Assembly (NCBI RefSeq): GCF_004010195.1
Contig: NC_057756.1
Span: 5,860,257-5,924,256 of the forward strand
DNA: 64,000 nt
Reading direction: 5' to 3'
Source: Chiloscyllium plagiosum
Lineage: Eukaryota
Position numbers and translations under genes: made by a program. Within the stretch, counting starts at the first letter, position 1; every line of letters starts with the position of its first letter. Shown here piece by piece: positions 41,088 through 52,861 of this stretch. The notes beneath the pieces are model-generated. The model was not told the DNA's origin. It searched no databases and worked only from the letters and a program-made list of their open reading frames with translations.

Positions 41088-41520
41088 ATTCTTAAACCTA
41101 GACAGTTGCGTTATAATATATCATGATACTTCGTTGATTCATCTATCACAGAACAATTTGAGAATCAATTTAAACAACACCAATCCAATCAAATCTGAGG
41201 CCCTGACTTCTCTCTCTTATTTTAAAAAAAGAGTCCCTGACTCTATTTCGGATCCGCAGGTCCCCGACCTGTCAGTGGGAGTCCCTGACTCCCTGAGGTC
41301 CCCGACTCCTCTTTAATCCTTTCTGAAAGAATTCTTACCAAGGCCGATGCTCCTCAGGCTGGCCTGAGATGATGAGCAGCGAGGGGTCGAGTCAACCGCG
41401 ACCTGAATGAGAGGAAAGTCAAACGGATAAAATACATGTGCCTGGTTAGCCGATTCCTCTAAACTCAATAGTGGAGGACTCAAGACTCTTTCACCGCTGC
41501 CTACAATCCGTTCCTGCCAA

Positions 41521-41538
41521 GTCGAAGTCACAACACCA
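41521..41538 (-). promoter_or_regulatory. Retroviral primer binding site, tRNA-His-like
   Basis: TGGTGTTGTGACTTCGAC versus His PBS TGGTGCCGTGACTCGGAT; lies 2 nt after the LTR-terminal CA. Confidence 0.65.
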
Positions 41539-41540
41539 GA

Positions 41541-42248
41541 TGAAGATCTGGACCCCCGGAGGGCGGTGGGTCCATAAATAGTCTGTTCCATAAACAGGTT
41601 CCTGAAGAAGGGCCTGTGCCCGAAACGTCGAATCTCCTGTTCCCTGGATGCTGCCTGACCTGCTGTGCTGTTCCAGCAATAAAGTTTCAACTGTTCCATA
41701 AACAGTCACAACTTAGGTCTGATCCTTTAACACTTTATCACAAATCATCCAGAAACACAGAGGTTAAACACTCCAGTGTTCCTCAGAGGAGCTGCGTACA
41801 TGGCTTAAAACAAAGACATTTTTATACTTTTCTTAAAGAAAGGTACAGGCCATAATTGTATAGTACGTTCAGACAGTTACCAATAAACTTACAAAATAAT
41901 CTTAACTGACAGCTACACGACCCAATGATGTTTCCTAGGAACCAACTTTGTTTTCTAACACTTAAGCCACCCTTATCTCACAAACCGAGTCTTTGCACCA
42001 TCACTTGAAGGTCAGTTAGGATGGCCTGTAATGTCTTATCTAATCTAGTTATTTCTACGCTGTAAAGTATTGTCTGCTAATCTTTGTTGAGGCAGACTGT
42101 GGTTAGTCAATTATGCAGCTATAGCACGATTAAAAGCAATTTTATGCAGCTTTTAGCAAAATTGTCAATTGGCAGCCTAGAAGCCATTTTGTCATATTAT
42201 TTGCATTGTATTTCCACCTAACTTAGTAAGAGCATGTTGTTCCTGACA
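41541..42248 (-). repeat. Putative ERV 5' LTR
   Basis: TG...CA ends, minus-strand gtataaaaa at 41819-41827, adjacent PBS; outer boundary inferred. Confidence 0.6.
41598..41690 (+). mobile_element. Minimal HHR cassette (core 41602-41629)
   Basis: CTGAAGA-a-GGGC-ctgt-GCCC-GAAA-CGTC; 15-bp TSD ctgttccataaacag (41583-41597 and 41691-41705). Confidence 0.9.
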
Positions 42249-42664
42249 ACAACTGGTTATCTCAGCCTGTATTCAAGATTTCACACATACACACAAACCC
42301 TCTCTCATACACATGCTCTCTCTCAGGCATGCATACCCCTGCCCCCCCATCACACCCATGCACACACACACTCTCCCACACATACACACACTTTCTCACT
42401 CCCTGTCATGCATGCACACACACACATACATATATCTATGGGTAAATTTGCATTTGGAGAATTGTATTTGCAGATATTCCATTTTGTTCAAAAAGCACAC
42501 AATCAATAGGCATTTAATATTTTTTATAATCCATGTGACATTTTATAAGTTACTCCTCTGGAAACAGAACCAGTGATTCAAGGTTGGAATAAATACAGAC
42601 TCTAACCGCACACCTTTAATGCATCGTCTGAGCTGAGTTGTCACTTTTTTTTGTAAAGCCATAA

Positions 42665-43260
42665 ATTGTGGATAAATGTATGGTTATCCACTTTGGTGGC
42701 AATAACAGGAAGGCAGACTACTACCTCAATGGAATCAATTTATGTAAAGAGGCAGTACAGAGGGATCTGGGTGTTCTTGTACACCAGTCAATGAAGGCAA
42801 GCATGCAGGTACAGCAGGTAGTGAAGAAGGCTAATAGCATGCTGGCCTTCATAACAAGAGGAATTGAGTATAGAAGCAAAGAGGTGCTTCTGCAGCTGTA
42901 CAGGGCCCTGGTGAGACCACACCTGGAGTACTGTGTGCAGTTCTGGTCTCCAAATTTGAGGAAAGACATTCTGGCTATTGAAGGAGTGCAGCGTAGATTT
43001 AGGACAGAGCTCAGAAGAAACTTCTTCACCCAGAGAGTGGTGGCTGTGTGGAATGCTCTGCCCCAGAGGGCAGTGGAGGCCCACTCTCTGGATTCATTTA
43101 AGAAAGAGATGGATAGAGCTCTCAAAGATAGTGGAATCAAGGGTTATGGAGATAAGGCAGGAACAGGATACTGATTAGGAATGATCAGCCATGATTATAT
43201 TGAACGGCAGTGCAAGCTCGAAGGGCTGAATGGCCTACTCCTGCACCTATTGTCTATTGT
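42665..43260 (+). mobile_element. CR1 3' fragment with internal deletion
   Basis: ORF 42668-43174 jumps from VQRRF directly to RTELRRNFFTQRV. Confidence 0.9.
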
Positions 43261-43281
43261 CTTATCTCGGGAATTTAACTT

Positions 43282-43974
43282 TGTGAGAAGCGAAGCTCAC
43301 TCACTCAATAATTTCAGTCCGAGACAAGATCTGAATCAGTAGTGTCATTTATTTTGCTCCTGCAAGAGAGGTGTTGTGTCCACTGTCCACAAGGCAGGGA
43401 CACATACACTGAATTCAACTAGTACACAATATTTATGTAATTTTGTTCCTATTCTTTCATCCCATTGCTCCTCCCCTGTTTGCATCTCCCACTTCTCTTA
43501 GACCGGCGCCCATTACTCTTGTTTATTTCTTGCCTTGTCTGTGACAAAATGCTTATTTCTGACCTCACAAGGCCTTTTGACCACATCCTGCCGTGGTCCA
43601 TTGTTTGGTATATCCTCCTTCACTACCATCTATTCCCCTTACTTGTTATGATCTCATGACCTCTTGATTGTGGTTTGTTCTTGTTTTTGCAGAAGCGGGA
43701 AACAGATGCTTATAACTACTGTTTGTACAGGCGTATCTAGCTTAACCCCCTCCACTCACAGCACCTTATCTATTTGTGTGTAACATCTACCATTGTTTGC
43801 AGGCACGTTTCACTCTTGTATGCTAATACAAAAACTATGTGTATTTCCTTCACATAGTTTTCATTCTTGTTGACTCAGCTCTTGGCTGAAACAGTTATAC
43901 AATGGTGTGAGTTCATTTAGCTTGCACAAGTAATTATGATTGCAGAAGTAACACTACTTTACCTATATCCCACA
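43282..43974 (-). mobile_element. Solo LTR
   Basis: tgtgag...cccaca ends, 4-bp TSD actt (43278-43281 and 43975-43978), minus-strand AATAAA near 43350. Confidence 0.75.
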
Positions 43975-44133
43975 ACTTGAAAGAAGTTCTGGGACTGACA
44001 TATTAATAAACCGAAACCTGCAACCCATGCTGAAAGATGAAAGACTTAACAGCAATCTAGATGTGTTCAATACATCACATCATTTGTACGACACTATGAT
44101 CTTTTGCTATAAATTCTGTGTCCTATGATCCTG

Positions 44134-44162
44134 CTGATGAAGGAACAGCGCTCCGAAAGCTT
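44134..44162 (+). ncRNA. Minimal hammerhead motif, family B, in a pLTR extending to ~44225
   Basis: CTGATGA-a-GGAaC-agc-GCTCC-GAAA-GCTT, followed by the same tail as the 15673 element. Confidence 0.7.
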
Positions 44163-44249
44163 GCAATTCCAAACAAACCTGTTGGACTGTTACCTGGTGT
44201 TGGGTGATTTTTTTTTGTTAAACTTAAATCTTATTCACAGAATAGCAAA

Positions 44250-44745
44250 ACCTGCGCATGCGCAGTACCATGTGTGAGTGGAGCATGCGCGACGTCACTC
44301 ATGGCGACGGGGGAGTAATTTCCCCCGCGGGTCCGGGGCTGATAATGGGCGCCGGGTCTGACAGGACGAGGGGGCCGCCGGATGGACAGAAAAGTGTCGT
44401 ATTGAGTAAGCCGCGTGGCCGAGCGCGACTTTCCGGTGTCGAAATCGCCGTCGCCATCTTAATTGGTAACGACGGGCGATAGGGCGCAGGCGCGGGGAAC
44501 CTAACGTGTGTTAGGTGAGGCGCATGCGCAGCGGCTGTGTCCGCGGGCCGGAGATCACATGACACCGGCTGAGACGCTGATAGGTTTGTTTAAAATCACG
44601 AGCTTGCCAACGGCCGGCCCTTCGTCACGTGACAAGTGACCCCCGACCAGAATTAATGGACAGAGAGACATCGAGCAAATAGTGTGAGTGCGGCGCGCTG
44701 AACATTTGTTGTTGTTCGGATTCGGTAGCAGGCCAGCCCCGACGT
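44250..44745. promoter_or_regulatory. CpG island / housekeeping-type promoter
   Basis: Dense CpG; NRF1 (44253-44264, 44520-44530), CRE-like (44291-44297), ETS (44431-44436), YY1 (44452-44460), E-boxes (44555-44563, GTCACGTGAC 44624-44633). Confidence 0.85.
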
Positions 44746-44869
44746 TAACTGGGGCTAGTCATTAGTGTGAAAGGTTGAGAGGGAGCGGGGTTCTTTAACA
44801 AGCCAGTCTGGTGAAGGCCTGAGCAGGACTGGACTGGACTGGATTCCAGTTCAGGGGAAACTGAGGACG

Positions 44870-45705
44870 GCAGCTGCTGCTGGAAAAGCACAGCATCCGG
44901 GGGGGGGGCAGGAAAATCGGCGTTCCCGGCAAAAACCCTGNNNNNNNNNNNNNNNNNNNNNNNNNNNNNNNNNNNNNNNNNNNNNNNNNNNNNNNNNNNN
45001 NNNNNNNNNNNNNNNNNNNNNNNNNNNNNNNNNNNNNNNNNNNNNNNNNNNNNNNNNNNNNNNNNNNNNNNNNNNNNNNNNNNNNNNNNNNNNNNNNNNN
45101 NNNNNNNNNNNNNNNNNNNNNNNNNNNNNNNNNNNNNNNNNNNNNNNNNNNNNNNNNNNNNNNNNNNNNNNNNNNNNNNNNNNNNNNNNNNNNNNNNNNN
45201 NNNNNNNNNNNNNNNNNNNNNNNNNNNNNNNNNNNNNNNNNNNNNNNNNNNNNNNNNNNNNNNNNNNNNNNNNNNNNNNNNNNNNNNNNNNNNNNNNNNN
45301 NNNNNNNNNNNNNNNNNNNNNNNNNNNNNNNNNNNGTCATGAGGACAGTGCTGAGCTGGAAGGTTGGAACTGGGGTGAGGTGGGGGAAGGGGAAATGAGG
45401 AAACTGGTGAAGTCCACATTGATGCCCTGGGATTGAAGTGTTCTGAGGCAGAAGATGAGGCGTTCTTCCTCCAGGCGTCTGGTGGTGAGGGAGCGGTGGT
45501 GGAGGAGGCCCAGGACCTGGATAGGTGGAAAGGAAGATAGGCAGGTAGGACCTGGGGGTTGCAGTGAGAGAGAGAGAGAGACTTAGAGATTCTTGTAGAG
45601 GGAGGAGGAAAACTTCTTCAAGGCAGGCATCCTTGCAAGAGGATTCGCAGTAGGTCAGGCAGCACCCGAGGAGCAGGGCAGTCGAGTATAAGCCCTTCAT
45701 CAGAA
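44870..45705 (-). mobile_element. Internally deleted Penelope with two same-orientation pLTR remnants (spans a 395-N gap, 44941-45335)
   Basis: pLTR pieces at ~44875-44940 and ~45650-45705; GIY-YIG tail between them. Confidence 0.75.
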
Positions 45706-45799
45706 ATGTGGGGCTATCCCAGCACTGCACGCTTTGACCTTAATTTCAATTAATGAAGCTGAACAAGTAGTTGCAATGTCAGTGGGGGAATAATTTCCA

Positions 45800-48180
45800 G
45801 ACTGAAATTGTAACTGTTACGAAATGGTAGAGAACAAGAATTGACATGGAATCAAAGTTCTAAACAGGCAAAAGATGGGTTTGAAGAAGATTAGATGTTA
45901 TTTGGCCAGAGCAGGCTGGGAGCAGATTCCTTTAATGTGAATGTGTATCAGATCAGTGGGATATATTTAAGAAGGAAATTGGGAGAGTTCCAATAAAGTC
46001 ACAGGGTGGTAAGAATAAATCTTGTGAACCCTGGTTACACAGGATTGAATAAAGAGAAAAGTGGAAGTATTTGGCAAGTACCAAAAGTTCAAAATAACAG
46101 CAGCCCTAAGAGAAGTAAAGAATGTGTCGAGCAAAAAGGTAGTGTGAAAGGATAATGGCAGGCAAAATGAAGGAAAGTGCTAAGTTATTTTACAATAAAA
46201 GCCAACCTTTTATGGTCCACAGTAGTAAACTGAGCATGAAGCCAGATGACGTAGGTTGGAATCAAAACGGATACTTTGTCAGTGTTCACCAGTGAAATGG
46301 ATAGCATGGGTATATAAATTAGGAAGAAGGCCCATGATATACATAAAACAAATTAGCATAGAAAGAGTGATCTGATTTGTCTTGCAGATGATGTAAAAGC
46401 AGAAATCTCCAGGCCCAGATGCAATCCACCTCAGGCTATTGAGTGAGGCAAAAGCAAAAATAGCAGTGACACTAACAATTTTTAATTGTTTTATGACCTC
46501 AGGAGAGATGCCAAAAGACTGGCAATCAGCTAATGTGATATCTTTATTCAGGTCCAGGCCAGTCAGCCCCACCTCAGTGGTGGGGTAACTATTATCAGCA
46601 ATTTTGAGGGACAGAATTAATCTGCCCTTGGAGAGGAAGGAATTAGTCAAGAACGGGGGCACGGTGGCTCAGTGTAAGTACTGCTGCCTCACAGCTCCAG
46701 GGACTCGTTTTCGATTCCATCCTCGGGCGACTGTGTGTGTAGTTTGCATGTTCTCCCTGTGTCTGCATGGGTTTCCTCCCACTGTCCAAAGATGTGCAAG
46801 TTAGGTGAATTGGCCATGCTAATTTGCCCATAGTGTTCAGGGATGTGTCGGTTCGGTGCATTATTCAGGGGTAAATGTAGAGTAATAGGGAATGTGTTTG
46901 GATGGGTGATTTGTTGGGCTGAAAGGCCTGTTTCCACACTGTAGGGATTTGACAATTCTATAATTTTAGGGATGGTTTTGTTAATGTGAGGTCATGTCTG
47001 ACCAGCTTGATTTTTATTTTGAAGAGGTAATCAGGTGTGTTGATGTGGGCAATGCATTCAATATAATCTACTTGAACTTTACCAAGACCTTTGATAAAAT
47101 CCCACGTAGAAGACTGATTGCAGAAGGAAGAGTCCATAATAACCAAGGAAATTTGTCTGATTGGATCCAAAACTGGCTGACTGGTAGGAAGCAAACTGTG
47201 GCATGTTTTTGTGACTAGGAGCCCGTGTTTTGAGGGACCTTTCCTGTTTTTGGTATAAATAAACCCATCTGAATGAATGTTGGAGGGTTAATCAGTAAGT
47301 TTGCAGGTGGTAAATAGTGTGGAGGACAGCCTTCTCTGGCGCAGAGCGATTGTGCAATTTAGGCCAATACTGTCTGAAATGTGAAAGAATGAGAAATATC
47401 TAGTATGCTGAAGAGAATTGACAAAGTAGAATGGATATTTCATCATGTGGAAGAGTTCACAATGAAAGGTTATAATTTACGATAAGGTTTGGTATATTTA
47501 ACAGACAAGGAGAAATTACTTAGAAGGTTGTGAACCTGTGGAATTCACTATACCGGAATAATGTGAATGGTGCAACATTGAGTAAATTTAAGGAGGTAAT
47601 TTTAAAAAAAAATAATAATGGGTTGAAGGTTTATGGGCAGCAGGCAGAAGAGTGAAGTTAAGGTGAGATGAGATCAGCCATATTTTATGAATTTTATGAT
47701 TGAATTGCTAGTCCTCCTCCCAGTTCTTATGTTCTTAGATTACAGGAGGATATAGACAGGCTGATCAGTAGCAATTGGAATTCAATCCAGATAAGTGTGA
47801 GGTGATGCACTTGGGCAGAGCAAACGAGTCAATGGAATTCATGACAAATAGCTTTGATCCTCAGTCCTGCAGGATTCTGAGAGGCCTTGGTGTGCATGTC
47901 CACCCATTCCTTAAGGTAAGAGGACAGATAGATAAAGGGCTTAAAAGGCACTTGAGACAATTGGTTAGGTCACAGCTAAACTGTTGTGTGCAGTTCTGGA
48001 TTCCACATGATAGGAGGGATGTGATTGCACTGTAGAGTGCACAGAGGAGCTTTACCAGAATGCTATCTGGGCTGGCGAGTTTTAGTTATGAAGAAAAGTT
48101 GGATAGACTGGGATTGTTCTCTTTGGGGCAGAGAAGATTGAGAGGGATGTGGTCGCAATGTACAAATTACGAAAGGCGTA
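45800..48180 (+). mobile_element. Old decayed CR1 ORF2 with nested insertions
   Basis: KSPGPD, IYLNFTKTFDKIPRRRL, EFNPDKCEVMHLG, CVQFW remnants. Confidence 0.78.
46654..46950 (+). mobile_element. HE1-type V-SINE
   Basis: Head, core and tail. Confidence 0.85.
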
Positions 48181-48744
48181 ACAGAATTTGAATCTGGATT
48201 CCCAAAACACTCCCTGAATCTCTGAATTAATAGTCCCACATTGATGCCATTAAACTAGCACATTCTCCAGACGATTGACCAACCAACAATATAGGAACTG
48301 TGACATTGTTCTTTGTTTTCGGTAAGGAGACCTTTTATTAGACAGATGAGGGTAGGTGTGCCATTGTTGCTGCTTCTGCCTATGTTGATGCTTGGTGCTG
48401 TGTCCAGTTTCATTCCTATGGACTTTCTTGTCGTGGTTTGATATTTTATAAAATACTTTAATAACAGAGCACTTGGCAAACAGTGGCTGGGCTGGATAGT
48501 CAGCATGGATTTATAAAAGGGAAATCATGCTTGGCAAAGGATGAGGTAGAGTTGATTTTGGGGGAGGTGTGGTTGGAGTGTTTCTTTGACAAGGTTTTTG
48601 ACAAATTCCAACAGAAATATAATAAGTGATTGGACGTTGGATAGTTGTATTGAAATCTATTGAAGACCATTTACAGGTAGAAAGAAAGAGTAGGAATACA
48701 TGGTCTTCATCTGAATGGCAGTGGGGTGCCATCAGACAATAAAA

Positions 48745-50700
48745 TGTACGAGTAGAATTAGGCTATTCATGCCACTGAGTCTGATCTGCCATTTAATTGT
48801 GGCCTATATTTCTTAATTCCATTCTTCTGCCATATCCCCATAACTTTTGATCCCCTTACTAAGCAAGAACCTATCTGTCTTAAATACAGTCACTGATTTG
48901 GCCTCCACGGAGTCAGCATCCTCTGGCTGAAGAAATTCCTCCTCATCTCAGTTCTAAAGGGTTGTCCAGTCACCCTGTGGCGGTGCCCTTAGGTTCTAGT
49001 CTCCTGCTTGTGGAATCCTCATCTCCAGGTACGCTGTATCCAGGCCTCTGAGTAGTCTGTAAGTTTCAGTCAGATCGTCATTCATTCTTCTGAACTCCAA
49101 GTACAAACCCAGAGTCCTCAACTGCTCCTCATATGTCAGGCCCTTCATCCCCGGGGCCTGTGGACCCCCTCCAGTACCAGCAATTCTTTTCTTAGAAAAA
49201 TAGGTCTTAAGACTGCTCACAATATCCAAATGTGGTCTGTCCAGGGCTTTACACAGCTTCAGCAGTTCTTTGTTGTATTCTAGCCCTCTTGAAATGGAAC
49301 GGTGGCACAGTGGTTAGCACTGCTGCTTCAGAGCACCAGGTACAAGGGTTCAAGTCCCGCCTTGGGTGACACTGTGGACTTTGCACATTCTCCCCAAGTC
49401 TGCGTGGGTTTCCTCAGAGTGCTCTGGTTTCCTCCCACAATGCAAAGATGTGCAGGTCAGGTGAATTGGCCATGCTAAATTGCCCGTAGTGACAGGTCAT
49501 TTGTTAGGGGTAATGAATCTGTGGGTTACTCTTCGGAGGATTGGTGTGGACTTGTTGTGCCGAAGGGCCTGTTCGCATACTTTGCTTTTGCCTTATTAAC
49601 TGCTATCTGAACCCACATGTTAACATTAAGAAAATGCTCAACAGGGCCCCCAGGGTATCTTGCAATACAGATTTTCAAAGTCATTTCTCACTTGGAAAAT
49701 ATTCAAGGTCTCTGATATTCATACCAATGTGTATAACCTTACACTTTGCCACATTTATATTTCAAATGCCACTACTTTACCCATTCTGCCAGCCTGTCCA
49801 GGTCCTTCTGCAGCTTGCCTGCTTCCTCAATACCACCATTAGAGGTCTTTATGTCACCTCTAATCTTAGCAGCAATGTCCTGAGTTCTTTCTTCCAGACC
49901 ATTGTGTGACCTGAGTCATTGTGGTCCCAATACAGACCCCGTGGAACACTACTGGTCACTAGCTGCTAACCTGAAAGAGAACCTACTCTCTACCTTCTGC
50001 CAGTCAGCCAATCCTTCTCTCCATGCTCGTACCTTGCCCCTAACAGAGTTTTTATCTAGTTTAGCAGCCTCCTATGCAGCCCCTTATCAAAGCCTTTTGG
50101 AAATCCGAATGGGTCTCGACCACTGGCTGTCCTTCGTCTAGATCAGAGTGGTGCTGGAAAAGCACAGCAGGTCAGACAGCATCTGAGGAGCAGGAAAATC
50201 GACGTTTCGAGCAAAAGATTCCTGATGAAGGGCTTTTGCCCGAAACGTCGACTTTCCTGATCCTTGGATGCTGTCTGACCTGCTGTGCCTTTCCAACACA
50301 GCTCTGACCAAACTCTGGTTTCCAGCATCTGCAGTCCTCACTTTTGCCTGTCCTTTGAGGAGGTAATGACCAAGGTAGACAAAGAATTCTAACATCTGTC
50401 AAGGATGGCCTGCAGTGATTCCTTGACAATTCTCTCCATTATTTCATGTAGAAATCTGGGTGTAGTCCGTCTGATCTGTGTAATTTATCCGCCTTCTGAC
50501 TTTTCAACTTCCCCAGCGCTTTCTCCTTATTAATGGCCATTAGACTCATCTGACTCTCCAAGTTGTGGTATGTTGGTGGTGGTATTCCACTGTGAAAACT
50601 GAAGAGTATGTATTCAGTTTGTCAATCGTTTCTTTGTCCCCCATGACTAATTCTGCAGCCTCATTTTCCAGTGCCCACTGTTGCCTCTCCCTTAACTCTT
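48745..50700 (-). mobile_element. Decayed CR1 with nested SINE (49300-49575) and HHR element
   Basis: PGMKGLTYEEQLRTLGLY and CR1 tail on the minus strand. Confidence 0.78.
50140..50347. mobile_element. Palindromic pLTR/HHR element (core 50222-50249, +)
   Basis: Inverted arms; CTGATGA-a-GGGC-tttt-GCCC-GAAA-CGTC. Confidence 0.85.
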
Positions 50701-50889
50701 GCAGCCATCTTTTATATTACTAGCGAGCTTACTGTCACATTTTGCCATCTCTTATTGCTCTTTTTGTGTTCCTCTGCTGTTTTTTAAAGGCTTCCCCATC
50801 CTGTCCTTGTTGATAGGTTGTGTAACCTCTGAGATTTGGTTCTCAGCCCTGATCCCCTTGCAGCTAGGGATAAGTGCTAGAACCCAAGC

Positions 50890-52530
50890 TATTTACTGAA
50901 TATATTAACGATTTAGATAAGGGGAATTAAGTGTAATATCTTCACCTTAGCAGATGGCACAAAGCTGTGCGGGAGGGCAAGCTGTGAGGAGGATGCAAAG
51001 ATGCTTCAGTGTAATTTGGACAAGCTGAATGAGTGGGAAAGTGCCTGGCACATGCAGTGTAATGTTGATAAATGTGAGTTTTAGTATCCTTGTTTTGAGG
51101 AAGGATATTCTTGCAATAGAAGGAATGTAGCCAAGCTTTACTGGGCTGATTGCTGGATGACACAGTTGACCTCTGAGAGGTGGTGGGTGAGGGTTGGGGG
51201 ATCTCATTTGAAACATAAAATCGTAACAGGATTAGGAAGGTCGATGCAGGAAGGTTATCCCTGATGCCAGGGGAGTCCAGAACAGGGATTACAGACTAAG
51301 TTTACAGGGTAAACCATTTAGGTCTAAGGTAAGGAGAAATTTCTTCTGTGATAAGCCTGTGGGATGTGTTTTTTACTCATTTCACAGGATGAGGGCATCG
51401 CTGGGTAACCAGCATTTATTGTCCACCCCATCAGGCAGTTAAGATTTAGCCACATTGCTGTGGGTCTGGGAGTCACATGTAGACCACACCAGGTAAGGAC
51501 AACCGTTTCCTTTCCTAAAGGACATTAATGAACCAGGTTGGTTTTTACAACGATTGACAATGGATTCCTGGTCATCACAGGCTCTTGATTTCAGATTTTT
51601 ATTGAATTCCAATTCCCATCCTCTGCTGTGGCAGAGTCGAACCCCGGTCCCCAGAACATTACCTGGGTCTCTGGGTTAAGAGTCCAGCGATAATACCACT
51701 AGGTCATTGCCTCCCCATTTACTCCCACAGAATCAGTCAATTTCAAGTAGGAGTTAGATATAGCATTTGGATGAAGGAATCAAAGTATATGGGCAGGTAA
51801 ACAAGAACATGCTCTTTGAGTCGGATGGTCAGCCATGATCATAGTGATTGGCAAAGCAGGGCCGAAAGGCCCCCTCTTGCTGTGATTTTCTATATTTCCT
51901 GACAGGGAGCCAGGAAGAAACTTCTCCCCTTATTGGAGGGGTGGACTCATTCCTGATAAAGGACTAATGCCCGAAACATCGACTCTCCTGCTTTTCCAGC
52001 ACCACACTGTTCAACTCTGATCTTCAGCATCTGCAGTCCTCCCTTTCTCCTCGCTAAAGATTTAAAGTCAGGGAAAGCAGTTTTAGAAGGGATGTGAGGC
52101 ACATGTTGTTGAAGGATGTTGTGAAACTTGAAAGGGTTCAGGATAGATTTACAAGGATGTTGCCAGGGTTGGAAGATTTGAACTATAGTGAGGCTGAATA
52201 AACTGGGGCTGTGTTTGCTGGTGCGTTGGAGGCTGAGGGATGACCTGATAGATGTTTACAAAATCATGAGGGGCGTCAAAAGGATAAATGGACAGCCTTT
52301 TCCCTGGGGTCGTGGAGTCCAGAACTAGAGGACAAAAGTTTAGGGTGAGGGAAAAAATATCAAAGGGACAACCTTTTCATGCAGAGGGTGGAATGAGCTG
52401 CCAGAGGAAGTTGTGGAAGGTGGTGTAATTTCAGCATTTAAAAGGCATCTAGATGAGTATGTGAATAGGAAGGGTTTAGAGGGATATGGGCCAAATGTTG
52501 GCAGATGCAACTAGATCTGTTTGGCATGGA
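50890..52530 (+). mobile_element. Several decayed CR1 3' fragments
   Basis: ADGTKL, FTRMLPGLEDL and WNELPEEVVE remnants; pLTR remnant at ~51945-52052. Confidence 0.75.
51367..51717 (-). mobile_element. Deu-domain SINE
   Basis: tRNA-like head, ccttacctggtgtggtctacatgtgactc core, and tail matching the 18870-18935 LINE end. Confidence 0.75.
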
Positions 52531-52861
52531 CGAGGTTGGTGGGAATATGGAACTCCCTGTCTGTGAAGGTAGTTGGTTCAGAAACAGTCATAACATTGAA
52601 GAAGTATCCCAAAGAGTCTAGGCCAGTGCTGGAAAATGGGAGAATAGTTAAGTGGCTGTTTCTGATTGGTACGGCCTTCGTGTACTGAAGACCCTCTCTG
52701 TGTTTGTCGACCTCTATGACTGTCGGAACTTGTACAGCTCTATTTACCCTATATGTCCTTTGTCCTCCTTGGAGGGTGAATGTAATGTTGCAACTAAAAT
52801 CCGCGATCCCTCAAACCATTTTGATAAAAGCCCCACACCATCCACTCAGGGACCCTCGCAT

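Larger units (their letters stand above)
36350..42248 (-). mobile_element. Internally deleted endogenous retrovirus (class I / epsilon-like)
   Basis: Colinear LTR, PBS, Gag zinc knuckle, RNase H, integrase N- and C-terminal remnants, and a signal-peptide-bearing env-like start. Confidence 0.8.

Noticed and set aside
42985..43005. CR1 internal deletion as a splice event
   Set aside because: Junction fits short microhomology (tagattta); ordinary deletion or template jump.
44299..44565. ORFs inside the CpG island
   Set aside because: No recognisable protein; open frames are expected at this GC content.
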